Virus record (IMG/VR): IMGVR_UViG_3300006802_000087
Location: 11,824 to 75,823 of that record
Source: a virus
DNA: 64,000 nucleotides
Reading direction: 5' to 3' (one strand)
Shown here: positions 32,293 to 43,058 of the stretch, in pieces
Layout: each line of letters begins with the position of its first letter
Numbering within the stretch: position 1 is the stretch's first letter
Made by a program: the position numbers and the translations under genes
The notes under the pieces: model-generated
What the model was told of the DNA's origin: nothing
Seen by the model: the letters and a program-made list of their open reading frames with translations, nothing else
Databases searched by the model: none

Positions 32293-33048
32293 ATGAAAAT
32301 TAATGTTAAAGTTAAGGATGTACCATTCGGAACTTCGATACAGGATGTAACTGTTCCTGATGTATTAAAGAAAAAAGTCCGAACCGGTCTAGACTATTTT
32401 GATTGTGTCTTAGGTGGTGAAGGCTTCACACCCTCAATGGTAACACTCTTTACCGGAACTCCCGGCGCTGGTAAAACAACAATGATGATGACACTTGCAA
32501 ACGCAATCCAAGGTAATGGAGGTCAAGTAGTCTTTAATACAGCAGAAGAGTCACTGTATCAAATTAAAATGACAGCCGATCGTCTAAAACTTAGACATAA
32601 ATTTCTTGTGGGCGGAGAAGATACAATAACTACTTTACTTGAAGGTTGTGACAAGATAAGAAGTCAAACACCTGAAAGACCGTTCTTTCTTATTGTCGAT
32701 TCACTTCAGTGTATGAATGATGGTAAGTTTAAATCTGGAAGAATTACGTCAGCAACTTCAGAAAGATCCCTAGGCCTTCTTACAAATTATGCAAAAGAGC
32801 ATGCATGCAATGTCATTGTTATTGGGCAAGTGACTAAAGACGGAAAAATGGCAGGTTCTAATAAACTCAAACACATGGTTGACAGTCACATCCATCTTTC
32901 AGTAGAAAGTAAGGATCCGGATTTAATGGGTTGCAGAGTTTTAGAAACACAAAAGAATCGTTTTGGTGGTTCAGGACATCTTATATTTCTAAAGCTTAGA
33001 AGAAGCGGGTTTACTGAAGTTGCTAGGTTGAGTGATTCTGGAGTATGA
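32293..33048 (+). CDS. RadA/Sms-like ATPase (ATPase core only), copy 1
   Basis: GTPGAGKTT, AEES, IVDSLQ, GQVTKDG, HMVD, KNRFG. Confidence 0.85.
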   Translation: MKINVKVKDVPFGTSIQDVTVPDVLKKKVRTGLDYFDCVLGGEGFTPSMVTLFTGTPGAGKTTMMMTLANAIQGNGGQVVFNTAEESLYQIKMTADRLKLRHKFLVGGEDTITTLLEGCDKIRSQTPERPFFLIVDSLQCMNDGKFKSGRITSATSERSLGLLTNYAKEHACNVIVIGQVTKDGKMAGSNKLKHMVDSHIHLSVESKDPDLMGCRVLETQKNRFGGSGHLIFLKLRRSGFTEVARLSDSGV

Positions 33049-33486
33049 GATGCATGATCAAGAAGACTTCGATAATCTGCCTAAATGGGTGGTAACATTC
33101 GTTTTAATAGACGATAAAGAAACAAAGCTAACTGATGAAGTTTACGGAAGAAATCCATTCCAAGCTTACTATAATGCAATGATGTTGTTGCAAATTAAAA
33201 CAAAAACTAAAAACTTTATTATAAAAAGTATCGATCCAAAAAGAGAGGAATAACATGGAAAAGAGAAAGAAGATTAATCAATGTACGTTAGAAGAATTAA
33301 ATGAGAGATTGTCAAACTTATCAAAGCACGACAAGACTTTGAATTCACTTTATGCCGGCCACTTATTGGCAAGAATTAAATTCTTACAAAGCCAAGAAAA
33401 AAATAAATAAAAAGTGTAATTGCTAAAATATGTTGGTATAATATAAACATATAAATAAGATCTTTTAAATTGTTAGATTAATAAAA

Positions 33487-33570
33487 GCCTTGATGGTGAA
33501 ATTGGTAGACACGCAAGACTTAAAATCTTGTTTCCGCTAGGAAGTACCGGTTCGATTCCGGTTCAAGGCA
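33487..33570 (+). tRNA. tRNA-Leu(UAA), CCA not encoded
   Basis: GCCTTGA/TCAAGGC stem, CAAGA-CTTAAAA-TCTTG anticodon arm, long variable arm. Confidence 0.9.
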
Positions 33571-33574
33571 TTAT

Positions 33575-33651
33575 GCACCCGTAGCTCAGCTGGATAGAGC
33601 ATCCGCCTTCTAAGCGGACGGTCACAGGTTCGAATCCTGTCGGGTGTACCA
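33575..33651 (+). tRNA. tRNA-Arg(UCU)
   Basis: GCACCCG/CGGGTGT-ACCA, anticodon TCT, GGTTCGAATCC. Confidence 0.95.
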
Positions 33652-33843
33652 CTTTGATATAACCGGGAATACGCTCCTCGTCCCCAGTTTTTATTTATGA
33701 GATGTTAGGACTATCTCGGTTATATCTTTTTTTAAAGAATGCAAGGGGGCTTCCTGAGGCGGGTCAGTCTTAAACGATGGTAATCCCAGGTGTACCGATA
33801 ATCGCGAAGATATGTCGGAGATATCACGCCCTTGCTTCTATGA

Positions 33844-33920
33844 TGCGGGATGGAGCAGTTGGTTAGCTTGTCGGGCTCATAACCCGAAGGTCGGGGGTTC
33901 GAATCCCTCTCCCGCACCCA
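33844..33920 (+). tRNA. tRNA-Met(CAU), initiator-like
   Basis: TCGGG-CTCATAA-CCCGA arm with three G-C pairs; ends CCA. Confidence 0.9.
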
Positions 33921-33951
33921 TTTTAAACAAACGAGTAACAAGAGAAAACAA

Positions 33952-34233
33952 ATGAGAATTTTAATATTACTATCTTATATAGGCTGTACACAGCACGTTC
34001 ATACAAAAGACATTAACAAAGTCAATGTGGGAATGTCATATGATACCACAACACGAATCTTAGGGGAGCCTAATAAAGTGGTAAATAATTCTATAAGGGT
34101 ATATCAAGGTACAGAAACTGCATACAATCATGAAGTTTTATTGTACAGATCACACTCAAATGCATCTGAGTCTCTTAGAGATTGTTATCTGATATTTACA
34201 GATAAAGTTTTAAGAGAAGTGAATTGTTTTTAA
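33952..34233 (+). CDS. Small lipoprotein, SmpA/BamE-like
   Basis: LLSYIGC; VNVGMSYDTTTRILGEP. Confidence 0.55.
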   Translation: MRILILLSYIGCTQHVHTKDINKVNVGMSYDTTTRILGEPNKVVNNSIRVYQGTETAYNHEVLLYRSHSNASESLRDCYLIFTDKVLREVNCF

Positions 34234-34241
34234 TGTTATTT

Positions 34242-34314
34242 GGGCACTTGGCGCAGCGGTTAGCGCAGGGAACTCATAATTCTTTGGTCGTAGGTTCAAA
34301 TCCTACAGTGCCCA
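34242..34314 (+). tRNA. tRNA with CAU anticodon, probably Ile2 (lysidine type)
   Basis: GGGCACT/AGTGCCC-A; body resembles E. coli ileX; elongator Met not excluded. Confidence 0.8.
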
Positions 34315-34422
34315 CTTTACTATCAATGCTCTGGGTTAGGTTAAAACTGCCGGTCGGATTAGGGCATTGATATAAAACTCCTTGGTTAATCCGACCGGCA
34401 CCCTTTTTAATTGGAGATAAAA

Positions 34423-34719
34423 ATGACAGAACAAGAATACGAAAACGCAGTTAAAGACAAAAACGTCGTAGTACAATTTTCAGCAAATTGGTGCGGCCCA
34501 TGCAAGACTGTAACACCAATTTTAGAAAATCTAACTAGTCAGCTAGATGTTGATTATCTTAAAATTGATATTGGTGAGTCGCCTGAGCTAGCGAGAAAGC
34601 TAGGGATACGAAGCATTCCGCATATCTTATATATTAAGGATGGCCTAGTTGAAGAAGAAGTGACAGGTGCCAGACCAAGCGATCACTTTTTAAAATTGTT
34701 AAAGGAGAGTTACGGATAA
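34423..34719 (+). CDS. Thioredoxin
   Basis: FSANWCGPCK, IRSIP. Confidence 0.9.
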   Translation: MTEQEYENAVKDKNVVVQFSANWCGPCKTVTPILENLTSQLDVDYLKIDIGESPELARKLGIRSIPHILYIKDGLVEEEVTGARPSDHFLKLLKESYG

Positions 34720-34793
34720 TGATATCTATTTTATCAGTTATAACTTTTGTATTCGTATTCGTATGGGGATGGCTTAAGCTTTTCGGAGAATAA

Positions 34794-35075
34794 ATGAACG
34801 ACAAACCTTACACACACCTTCAAGTTTCTACTAACTCTTTTATTAGAACATTTGAGTCAGATGTTAATCCCGAAGATTTGGTCTGGCATCGTGATGAAAG
34901 AGAAAGACTAGTCTACGTTATCCACGTTGGTTCTGGTTGGTCTTTCCAGCGAGATAACCAGTTACCACAAAAAATGGTTTCAAATGAAACTGTAATAAGA
35001 ATTAAAGCTGAGGAGTACCATCGTATCATTAAAGGTGAAGGTGTATGTGTGCTCTATATTGAGGAGAAATTTTAA
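34794..35075 (+). CDS. Cupin-like conserved phage protein
   Basis: LVWHRDERER, YHRIIKGEG. Confidence 0.55.
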   Translation: MNDKPYTHLQVSTNSFIRTFESDVNPEDLVWHRDERERLVYVIHVGSGWSFQRDNQLPQKMVSNETVIRIKAEEYHRIIKGEGVCVLYIEEKF

Positions 35076-35883
35076 TGTCGACAATCAAAAATTATTTAAC
35101 CACTGCATGGACTTGGGTATATGATAGAACTCCGCTCTGGATTATTCTCTTGTTTGGATATGCAACATTCATGGGTGTTCTAAATGAAAGCACACAAGCA
35201 TCAAGAACTAATCAAGAAACAATCAACTGTAAAACAGCATGTACACCAAGCGCTTCAGAATATCTTTCTCAAAAAGAATTTGATAAATGCTGGTGTTACA
35301 AAGACAAAAACACACTCATTAGACTCCAAGATGTCACTCCAACAACGAATTAACTCAATGGCTGGTGGTTGTCATGTCGATATTAATAATCTAGAAGTGA
35401 TAAGAATAATACCACGGCTAGATATATGCGTCATTAAAATACTCGATATGCCAGTTGCAATTTCACTTAATGAATATAAAAAGTTAACACAAAATGTAAT
35501 TAAATAAATTACACTATATACTAATAATACACAACAATAATACAACACACAAAAAGGAGACAATATGTCAGCAAACTTAGCACTTATGTGCAAATCTCAA
35601 AACTATACAAAAAGTAATAACGGAGAATACCGAGTAGGAAACTGGGTTATTTCAGAGTCGAAGCGCAAAGAATTACTAGGTGCCAACGTTATTCTTACAA
35701 CAACACAGCGATCACCTGCTTATTTAGGTGGTAAAATCGTAGGTTTCAATCCTACACAAAATGGAAAGAAATGTGAAGTAATCTTTAAAGAAGACAGCAC
35801 ACTTTCTGGAAATACAGACGCAGTAGGTCATCGAGGCTGGGGTACCGGTCGAAGTGTCTGCTATATTTAAAAAAGGAGAAGAT

Positions 35884-36102
35884 ATGAAATTAATGTTAAT
35901 TCCATTCGCATTTCTTTTAGCTTGTTCGGGCAAAACGTCAGAATCAGTTAATACTCAGAATGCAAAAACAGAGACAACAGAAACAACAGAAACGAAATCA
36001 GATGAAAAATCAAGTGAGGCAACGTCTGATCAAAGTACTTCTGACAATACAGAAGAAAAAACACAAACGGTTGAAGAAACCAAGGAAGAGACTAATGACT
36101 AG
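35884..36102 (+). CDS. Small acidic lipoprotein
   Basis: MKLMLIPFAFLLAC-SG; T/E-rich tail. Confidence 0.7.
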   Translation: MKLMLIPFAFLLACSGKTSESVNTQNAKTETTETTETKSDEKSSEATSDQSTSDNTEEKTQTVEETKEETND

Positions 36103-36271
36103 TTTGCTTATGACATTATTTTTAGCTTGCGGCGATAAAGAAGAAGAACAGGATACAGCAGTTGAAGAGGTTGAAGATACTGAAACAACTGAAAATACTG
36201 AAGCAGAAGATACATCAGAGTCGTCTGACCCTGTAGAAGAAGAAGACACAGCAACAGAAACAGCTGAATAA
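36095..36271 (+). CDS. Small acidic lipoprotein
   Basis: MTSLLMTLFLAC-GDKEEEQDTA; repeated EDT. Confidence 0.7.
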   Translation: MTSLLMTLFLACGDKEEEQDTAVEEVEDTETTENTEAEDTSESSDPVEEEDTATETAE

Positions 36272-37162
36272 TATAAAAGCTGTTGATTAATTAACAATAC
36301 AAAACTAGGAATATATTATGGCTGAAATTATCGACATACGTGAGGCAATTAAAGCAAGACAAAATGAAAGATTAGAGAAAGTTAAATCAGATCTAGATCA
36401 TGAAATTGACTTATTGGATCTTTCAATTGACGAAATATTAACTAGTTTTGTATTTCCGTTTGTTTTACCTTCACTATATGAAAACAATTCTGAAAAAGAT
36501 TTGGAGTTTGAAAATGATTATTGCGTATTTCTACTTAATCAAATATCAAACTCTTTTAAAGATAAAGATATTCAAAATGACATCAAAAATTTAATCAACA
36601 AAATCAATTTAAAAGGAATAGAAAAATGACACACGGTCTTAAAGATAGAGTTGTCCTTAAAGAACAGGACATTAAAAGAGCAGGGTTTAAAGTAAAAGGA
36701 ACAATTGTTAAGCTTTATAAAGGAAAGAGAGGTTCTATTAAAACTTGCGGTGTTTTATGGGACAATGAATGGCCTGTTACAAACAGCAAGGTAAAGAATG
36801 ATCGATATACATCGGGTAAGGTTTTTTATTATAAACCTGAAGACCTAGATATTGTTGACACTTGGAGTTTGGACTAATGTCAAATCGCTGGGACGATGAT
36901 AAGATCATTGACATTACTCCTAGGGTAAATAAAAATGGCAATTCTTTGCATCAGGATGATATACCTATTGAGATAAATAGACGTATTTCTGAAAGAATTC
37001 AGAGAGAACATAGAGAAAAGACAAGAAAACTATATGTCGACTCTATGTTGACAATCTTATTCTCGCTCCAGCTTATAATAGTTTTGGTAATATTTTTATT
37101 TTTACTTTAATTATTAAGTTTTCGAATGATAATTATAATGAACAGCAAGGATGGTTGTAATT

Positions 37163-37852
37163 ATGAGATTATCTCGAAAACAATTAAGAGAAGCTATTTC
37201 TCTTCAAATGAAAAATCATATTTTTGAGACATCAAAAGATCGGATTGATATTGACAAAGACACAAAAATAGATGACGCAGCGCCTGGCAGATCAATAAGC
37301 GATTTAGGTCTACCATCAATTGACATAGAAGATTCTGATGATAGAGATGAAATTGAAGGTATGATGTTTGATGATGAAGAAATGTCGCATACAGAGTCTG
37401 AAACAGATTGGAATCCTATGTCAAGCATTAAATTTCCAGTTCCGGGAGACAGACCTTCATTCCACGATCCTAGAGGTAGAACACCAGATCAAATTAGAGC
37501 GGATGTACACGGTATAGCTGATGAGTTAGAAAGCAGAATTCCTAAGAAGCCAGGCAAGTCTAAGAACCAAAAAGAAGGAGAGTTTATTGAAGAGCTGGAA
37601 AAGCTTTTAGGTAAGACAGGCCCACTCGGCCCTGACGACTTTCATACTGATCCTGAGTTTGGACCTTTAACACCTCCATTCGACACGGGTTTGCCTGATA
37701 TACCAGCGCCATCAATGGAAGACACAGTTGAGTTAGATCCGGATCGATTTAGAAAAGGACTACCGAATGACAATGATCCTACCAAGCCTTTAGACGAGGC
37801 AATTCGCAGAGTTATCAGAAGAGAAATTCGCAAAAGACTTCAAAGAATGTAA
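37163..37852 (+). CDS. Acidic protein with leader-like helices at both ends
   Basis: MRLSRKQLREAI; LDEAIRRVIRREIRKRL; ATAATTA at 37129. Confidence 0.7.
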   Translation: MRLSRKQLREAISLQMKNHIFETSKDRIDIDKDTKIDDAAPGRSISDLGLPSIDIEDSDDRDEIEGMMFDDEEMSHTESETDWNPMSSIKFPVPGDRPSFHDPRGRTPDQIRADVHGIADELESRIPKKPGKSKNQKEGEFIEELEKLLGKTGPLGPDDFHTDPEFGPLTPPFDTGLPDIPAPSMEDTVELDPDRFRKGLPNDNDPTKPLDEAIRRVIRREIRKRLQRM

Positions 37853-38151
37853 AATCATTTCTGCTTCTGTATAATACAATATAACATTAAACATAGGCAG
37901 AAAAATGAAAGGTAAAATTGGTTCTCTGTGTGAGAGTACTCAATACATATCAGGCTGGCATTTGTCTGATAGTATCAAAGACCCGGGATGGCTCACAACA
38001 CACATCGAGCCCAGAACACAATTTATAATTACAGATATCAAAGAGTGTAATGAAACAGGTATTATTGAAATTGTTTTATTTTTCAATAATTCTTTATTCA
38101 CTGCGCAATTTAATAATCGAGATGATCAATATTTTCCATGGAGAGTGTTAA

Positions 38152-38418
38152 GTGAACAATAAATGGTATGTTTATATTGTCGAATGTGCTGACGGATCTT
38201 TTTATACCGGCATCACAATAGACTTAGATCGTCGTCTTAACGAACATAACTATTCGTTTAAACTAGGCGCTAAATATACACGTAGTCGAAGACCGGTAAG
38301 ACTAGTCTATAAAGAAGAAAAACTTGATCGATCTGACGCGTCTAAAAGAGAAGCACAGATCAAACGCTATACGCGCAATAAAAAACTCGAATTAGTCAAT
38401 TCACAGAAACAACAATAA
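38152..38418 (+). CDS. GIY-YIG nuclease (UPF0213-like)
   Basis: YVYIVECADGSFYTGIT..RRLNEHN..GAKYTR. Confidence 0.9.
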   Translation: MNNKWYVYIVECADGSFYTGITIDLDRRLNEHNYSFKLGAKYTRSRRPVRLVYKEEKLDRSDASKREAQIKRYTRNKKLELVNSQKQQ

Positions 38419-38475
38419 AATGTAAACTCGAGCCTATCTTGTTATAATAATATAAACAAATAGCAGGTAAGAGAA

Positions 38476-39084
38476 ATGGAATGTAAAGACAAATTAAAAT
38501 TGTATTCTTTTAAAGAACTTGATCAGGTAATTCAAGACAATATAATATCTGAATATATAGAAAATTATTCTTATGGCTGGTGGCTCGAAGATGTAATTAA
38601 CAAAATTGAAAACGAGTCGAAATGTTACAGGCTTAAAAATTTTGAGTTTTCATGTAGGGGATTTTTCGCAGACAAAAGTAATGTAAAATTTACCGGTGAG
38701 CTCAGTCTTCTTGATGGATTAGAAACAATTTATCACTTAAAAGATACAGAGTTTAACATGCACCAGGAATGCATTGATACACTCAAGTTATCTCAACAAA
38801 AGAAAATAGATATTAAGTTTTTGTTTAATGACAATGCTCCGTCATATGAATTTAATATAAATTCTAGACTAGAACCGGTTCAGTTTAATAAAATAAAATA
38901 CTTGTTGACACATTCTACTTTTATGTTAGATATCTGGTACAACGCAATCATAGATAGATGGTACGAATATATTATTGATGCACAACCTGAAGATTTTGCA
39001 TCTTTTCAAAATAAGACTGAGTTAATAAATGACTTAAATACATGTGGAAAAGTATTTGACATCAATGGGAAAAGACACAAATAA
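38476..39084 (+). CDS. Hypothetical protein, distant paralogue of 48560..49120
   Basis: YSFKEL / FTFSEL; FSCRGF..FTG / FQYSGF..FTG. Confidence 0.6.
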   Translation: MECKDKLKLYSFKELDQVIQDNIISEYIENYSYGWWLEDVINKIENESKCYRLKNFEFSCRGFFADKSNVKFTGELSLLDGLETIYHLKDTEFNMHQECIDTLKLSQQKKIDIKFLFNDNAPSYEFNINSRLEPVQFNKIKYLLTHSTFMLDIWYNAIIDRWYEYIIDAQPEDFASFQNKTELINDLNTCGKVFDINGKRHK

Positions 39085-39407
39085 GAGAATACATACAAAT
39101 GTTCAACGGAGAAAACATGGAAAAACACATTATCACAATCGAAATAACATCTAACATTGACCCAAGTACTTTGTTATCATTAGCAATTACATGTGCTGAA
39201 CAATTAGCACAAGAAATAGAAGATCATGGTAATGATGTAACTTTTGATGACAATGACGTAGTAGTAGAATCAGACATTGTCGACGATTGACACTGGTTTG
39301 GTGTAGGTCTGGCATTCTGAGGAGTGAGCAGACTGAGGTTGGGCTACGGTATTTATTTATGTAACAACAGTAATTGCCTAGTATAATAGTACTATTAGGA
39401 GGCAATA

Positions 39408-40031
39408 ATGACAAGCTTATTTCATAATAAAGATTTTTATTATAATGATCTAACAAAATCAATTACAGATTCGATATGGGATTTAATGGCCAAAGGTATT
39501 GATGAGTTTATGGAATACGAGCCATGGGAATATCCTATTTTGTTATCTGAAGACTATGACGAACGTTTAGTATGCTGGGAGTACAGGATAGCTCGTGCAC
39601 CCGTGAATAAAGACTTTAATCGTGACTTCGACATCTGGGCCTCAGCAGGCTATAACGAATCAGGTGAACTAAGTATTGCAATAACTGTCATACTTCCAAA
39701 AGGAAAATGGATCAAGAAACACAATGTTAGCTATCCTGAATTGTTTGGTGTTATTGCTCATGAACTTCATCACTTATCACAGAATGCATCAGGCATTGAT
39801 ACCAGTGCAGAAGATATCGAATGCGAAAGACTACAATACTTTCTAAGTCAGTCAGAGATAGAAGCATTTCATATCGGCTTTCGGGCACAATGTGCCTTGT
39901 CAGGTGAAGATATGGAAGTGGCAATTAGAAATTATCTGCAATTGCATAAGTTATCTTGTGCTCAAATAGATGAGATATCTAGCGCGTGGATATCTCCATC
40001 GTTTACATTATCAGAAAGAAATATCATTTAG
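39408..40031 (+). CDS. HExxH zinc-metallopeptidase-like protein
   Basis: IAHELHHLSQ ... EIEAF. Confidence 0.6.
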   Translation: MTSLFHNKDFYYNDLTKSITDSIWDLMAKGIDEFMEYEPWEYPILLSEDYDERLVCWEYRIARAPVNKDFNRDFDIWASAGYNESGELSIAITVILPKGKWIKKHNVSYPELFGVIAHELHHLSQNASGIDTSAEDIECERLQYFLSQSEIEAFHIGFRAQCALSGEDMEVAIRNYLQLHKLSCAQIDEISSAWISPSFTLSERNII

Positions 40032-42440
40032 CACAAGACGTCTCGCGCCCTACGTCATCTCGCGCCCGGGAACTTTATTAACGGAGAAAAAATGGAAACA
40101 ACAATAGCACATATCGTAATCGAGCGACTAAATCACAGTTTGAAAAAGAAAATCATATTCCCTGACAATATAAAGGGAGACTTAATGAAGGAACATGCAT
40201 GGGCAATGTTTTCCCAAACCGGCCCAAAGTTAATCGTCAATCATAAAGAGCTTTTTGAAAACGTGTGCAAAGAAGTCGATCATGCAATTGCTGAAGGTGT
40301 CGTTGTTTGGGATGGTTCCGGAAAGATAACAATCTTGAACGGGAGTTTATAATGACAAATGTTCTACCAATAATCAAGTTCACCACAAAGGTGGCTCAAA
40401 AGAATGTGGCAGTAAATGTGTATCATATCTCTTATATTAGCGGTCCGCACAAATCCAGTAAATACCCGAATCATAAATCTTATTATGAACTAGTTATGTC
40501 TAATGGAAACTTATTCCGGATTGGCGAAGAAGATGCCGTTCGAATCGAAGCAGCTATTACAAAAGTGCAACAGCCCATATAGTATTGTATAATATAAAGG
40601 CGAGGAGGAAATGAAATATGAAAATAATAACGGCAAACAAAAATCATAAAATAGGAAGTATTATCCGATATGGAGGTCGTGTTTTTCAGATACTAACGAT
40701 AAACAATCGGATTATGATTGCTCATTCGTATGATGAACATCATGGGATTGATGATACAATCTTTGTAACACAATCAACAGGAAAAGTCTTTGCAACCAAA
40801 TCCGTAAGACGAAAAGTGTAACCGTACTTTACATACTGTATAATATAAAAGAACCAACTAACCAAGGAAATACAATGAAATACATTGAATATAAAACAGA
40901 AAGCTTAAAGCTCAATAATGAATCATCACCCGGTGGCCTTAATGTTGAATTGAGAGTTACTGATGAAGGTCAGGTCATTATTCAAATCGGTCATACGTGC
41001 ACACTTAGACTTGATAACGATGATGCAGATCAATTAGCCATGGCAATCAAAACAGCCCAATCAATTGCTGAGCAATTGTCGAATGGTACGAACCCAAAAG
41101 AACTGATCAATACAAGTGTATCGATTCGATACAATTGCATCGATGGATCGATACAAACACTCAATAAAATGTAACCAGTACAACCATTATATATAATATA
41201 ACCACAACAACAACCAATGGAGGATCTAATGGATCACTACAAATTCTTTCTTCAATCACTTAGTTGGGATGAATTCCAAACATATAAATCAAATGTAAAT
41301 GAAGACAACCTTACACCTGAGCAACAACAAACTCTAAAAGAAGAGTCAGCACGTCGGTCAGAATCATTCAATAAATACATGTCATTCTAAGGAGATAACA
41401 TATGAATCTTTATGTAATCAGGCAAAGCGTTAATAACGATTGGGACACTTATGATAGTGCAGTCGTTATTGCAAAATCAGAAGAAGAAGCAAGAACAGTT
41501 CATCCAGACGGTAATCGATGGATCGATGGCAAATGGGAAGGTTATTCCAGTGCTAGCACTTGGTGCAATCCGGAAGTTGTCGAAGTCGAGCTTATCGGGA
41601 CGACAACTTCCGGTGCTAGCGGAACTGTAATAATATCATCATTCAATGCAGGATAGGAGGACAAATAATCATGAAACTCTCTAAAGAACTCCAACATTGG
41701 GTCGACATTGACGATGCTTGTGACATTGAGTCGATCAGGGGAAGATCGGTAATCGTATCATATCACGATACATCAAACCCAGAACTGGAACTGCCGTTTA
41801 TAATCGATCGAATTAAATCCCTTTATGCTGCAGGTGGAGCTGTTGAGGCAATCCACATTATTCCTGAAACCGGTTTAAAACTTAATCGATCTAGTACAAA
41901 CCATGACGACTGTCAAGGTATACCAGACGATAAGCTGGTCATAAAATGTAACACAACAAACAACACATTATAATATAACTACACAACAACCAAGAGGTAA
42001 AACATGTACAAACTAGAACAAATAATTGAAAACGCAGTTCAACAATATATTGAGGAAAGCGACGTCGTTGAAATCGGTGCAACCGGTCTAGAAGAACTCG
42101 GCCTTGACTTTCGATGTGGCCGCATTCTTATATCAGTCGATGAAGGCTTTGTTGCAGCCTGTAGTCCTAGATCGATTGAGTACTACGGTGGGTGGGAATA
42201 TATCGACTCAGAATACAAGCTCGATGCTGGTGACTACCGTTTTTACGACAAAGAGGCCAGTCGAGTCGAGTCAGTCATTCAGTATTATCTCGAGCTCTTG
42301 GAAGAAGGGTATCAATACGAAGACGGAAAGGGCTTCGTTAACTCTGATGGACTAACTCCACGAGAAGTTTTAGCTGCCAAAAGTGCAACAGCTGAAGAAA
42401 AATAATATACTAAAACCACATAACAACCAATGGAGGTATT

Positions 42441-42944
42441 ATGGGCGGCAAAGCTCTTAATGGAAAACAAATCACAAACGAAGAAGCACACCAACTTTTT
42501 GAACGACTAGTCTTAGATAACAACTTAGGATGCAAAGTTGAAAAGATCCTGCTTTGTGGATCAGCTCGTCGTGGAAAGGGCAAGTGCGGAGATCTAGACA
42601 TTGTGTTTATCGATGGAGGCGAAGAAGAAAATCTCTTGAAGAAGTGGCTAGTCGACAACTATGGTGTCAAAAAGAACGGAAAGCCACAGACAACAATCCT
42701 ATATGAAGGTGTCCAAGTAGAGTTCTATGAGGCAACACAGGAGTCATGGGGATCCAATGTTTTAATGTGGACAGGATCAGCATTCAATAATGTCCGCCTC
42801 AGAAGAAAGGCAAAGAAACGAGGCCTCAAGTTAAGTCAACATGGACTGTTCAATGAGCAAGGTGACAATGTGGCTGCTGGGATGACAGAGAATGACATCT
42901 ATGAATACTTAGGCTATGAATATGTTGAACCACAAAAACGATAA
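42441..42944 (+). CDS. Minimal family X DNA polymerase
   Basis: GSARRG..GDLDIV, WTGS..NVRLR..AK.RGLKLSQHGL, EYVEPQKR; 167 aa. Confidence 0.85.
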   Translation: MGGKALNGKQITNEEAHQLFERLVLDNNLGCKVEKILLCGSARRGKGKCGDLDIVFIDGGEEENLLKKWLVDNYGVKKNGKPQTTILYEGVQVEFYEATQESWGSNVLMWTGSAFNNVRLRRKAKKRGLKLSQHGLFNEQGDNVAAGMTENDIYEYLGYEYVEPQKR

Positions 42945-42951
42945 TAAATAA

Positions 42952-43058
42952 ACTCCGTGGTTGGTAGTTGATCCCAGTATTCGATCGATGAGATTATCGG
43001 CTGGGATTGGTGTCATAGGTGGTACCTATGGCGGACAGGGTGGGTATATATCAATCAC
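42952..43058 (+). ncRNA. Structured ACTCCGTGGTTGG element, copy 1
   Basis: Closing stem plus two hairpins and GGACAGGGTGGGTA; see findings. Confidence 0.6.

Noticed and set aside
33732-33941. Minus-strand 69 aa ORF
   Set aside because: Antisense shadow of tRNA-Met and the adjacent structured RNA.
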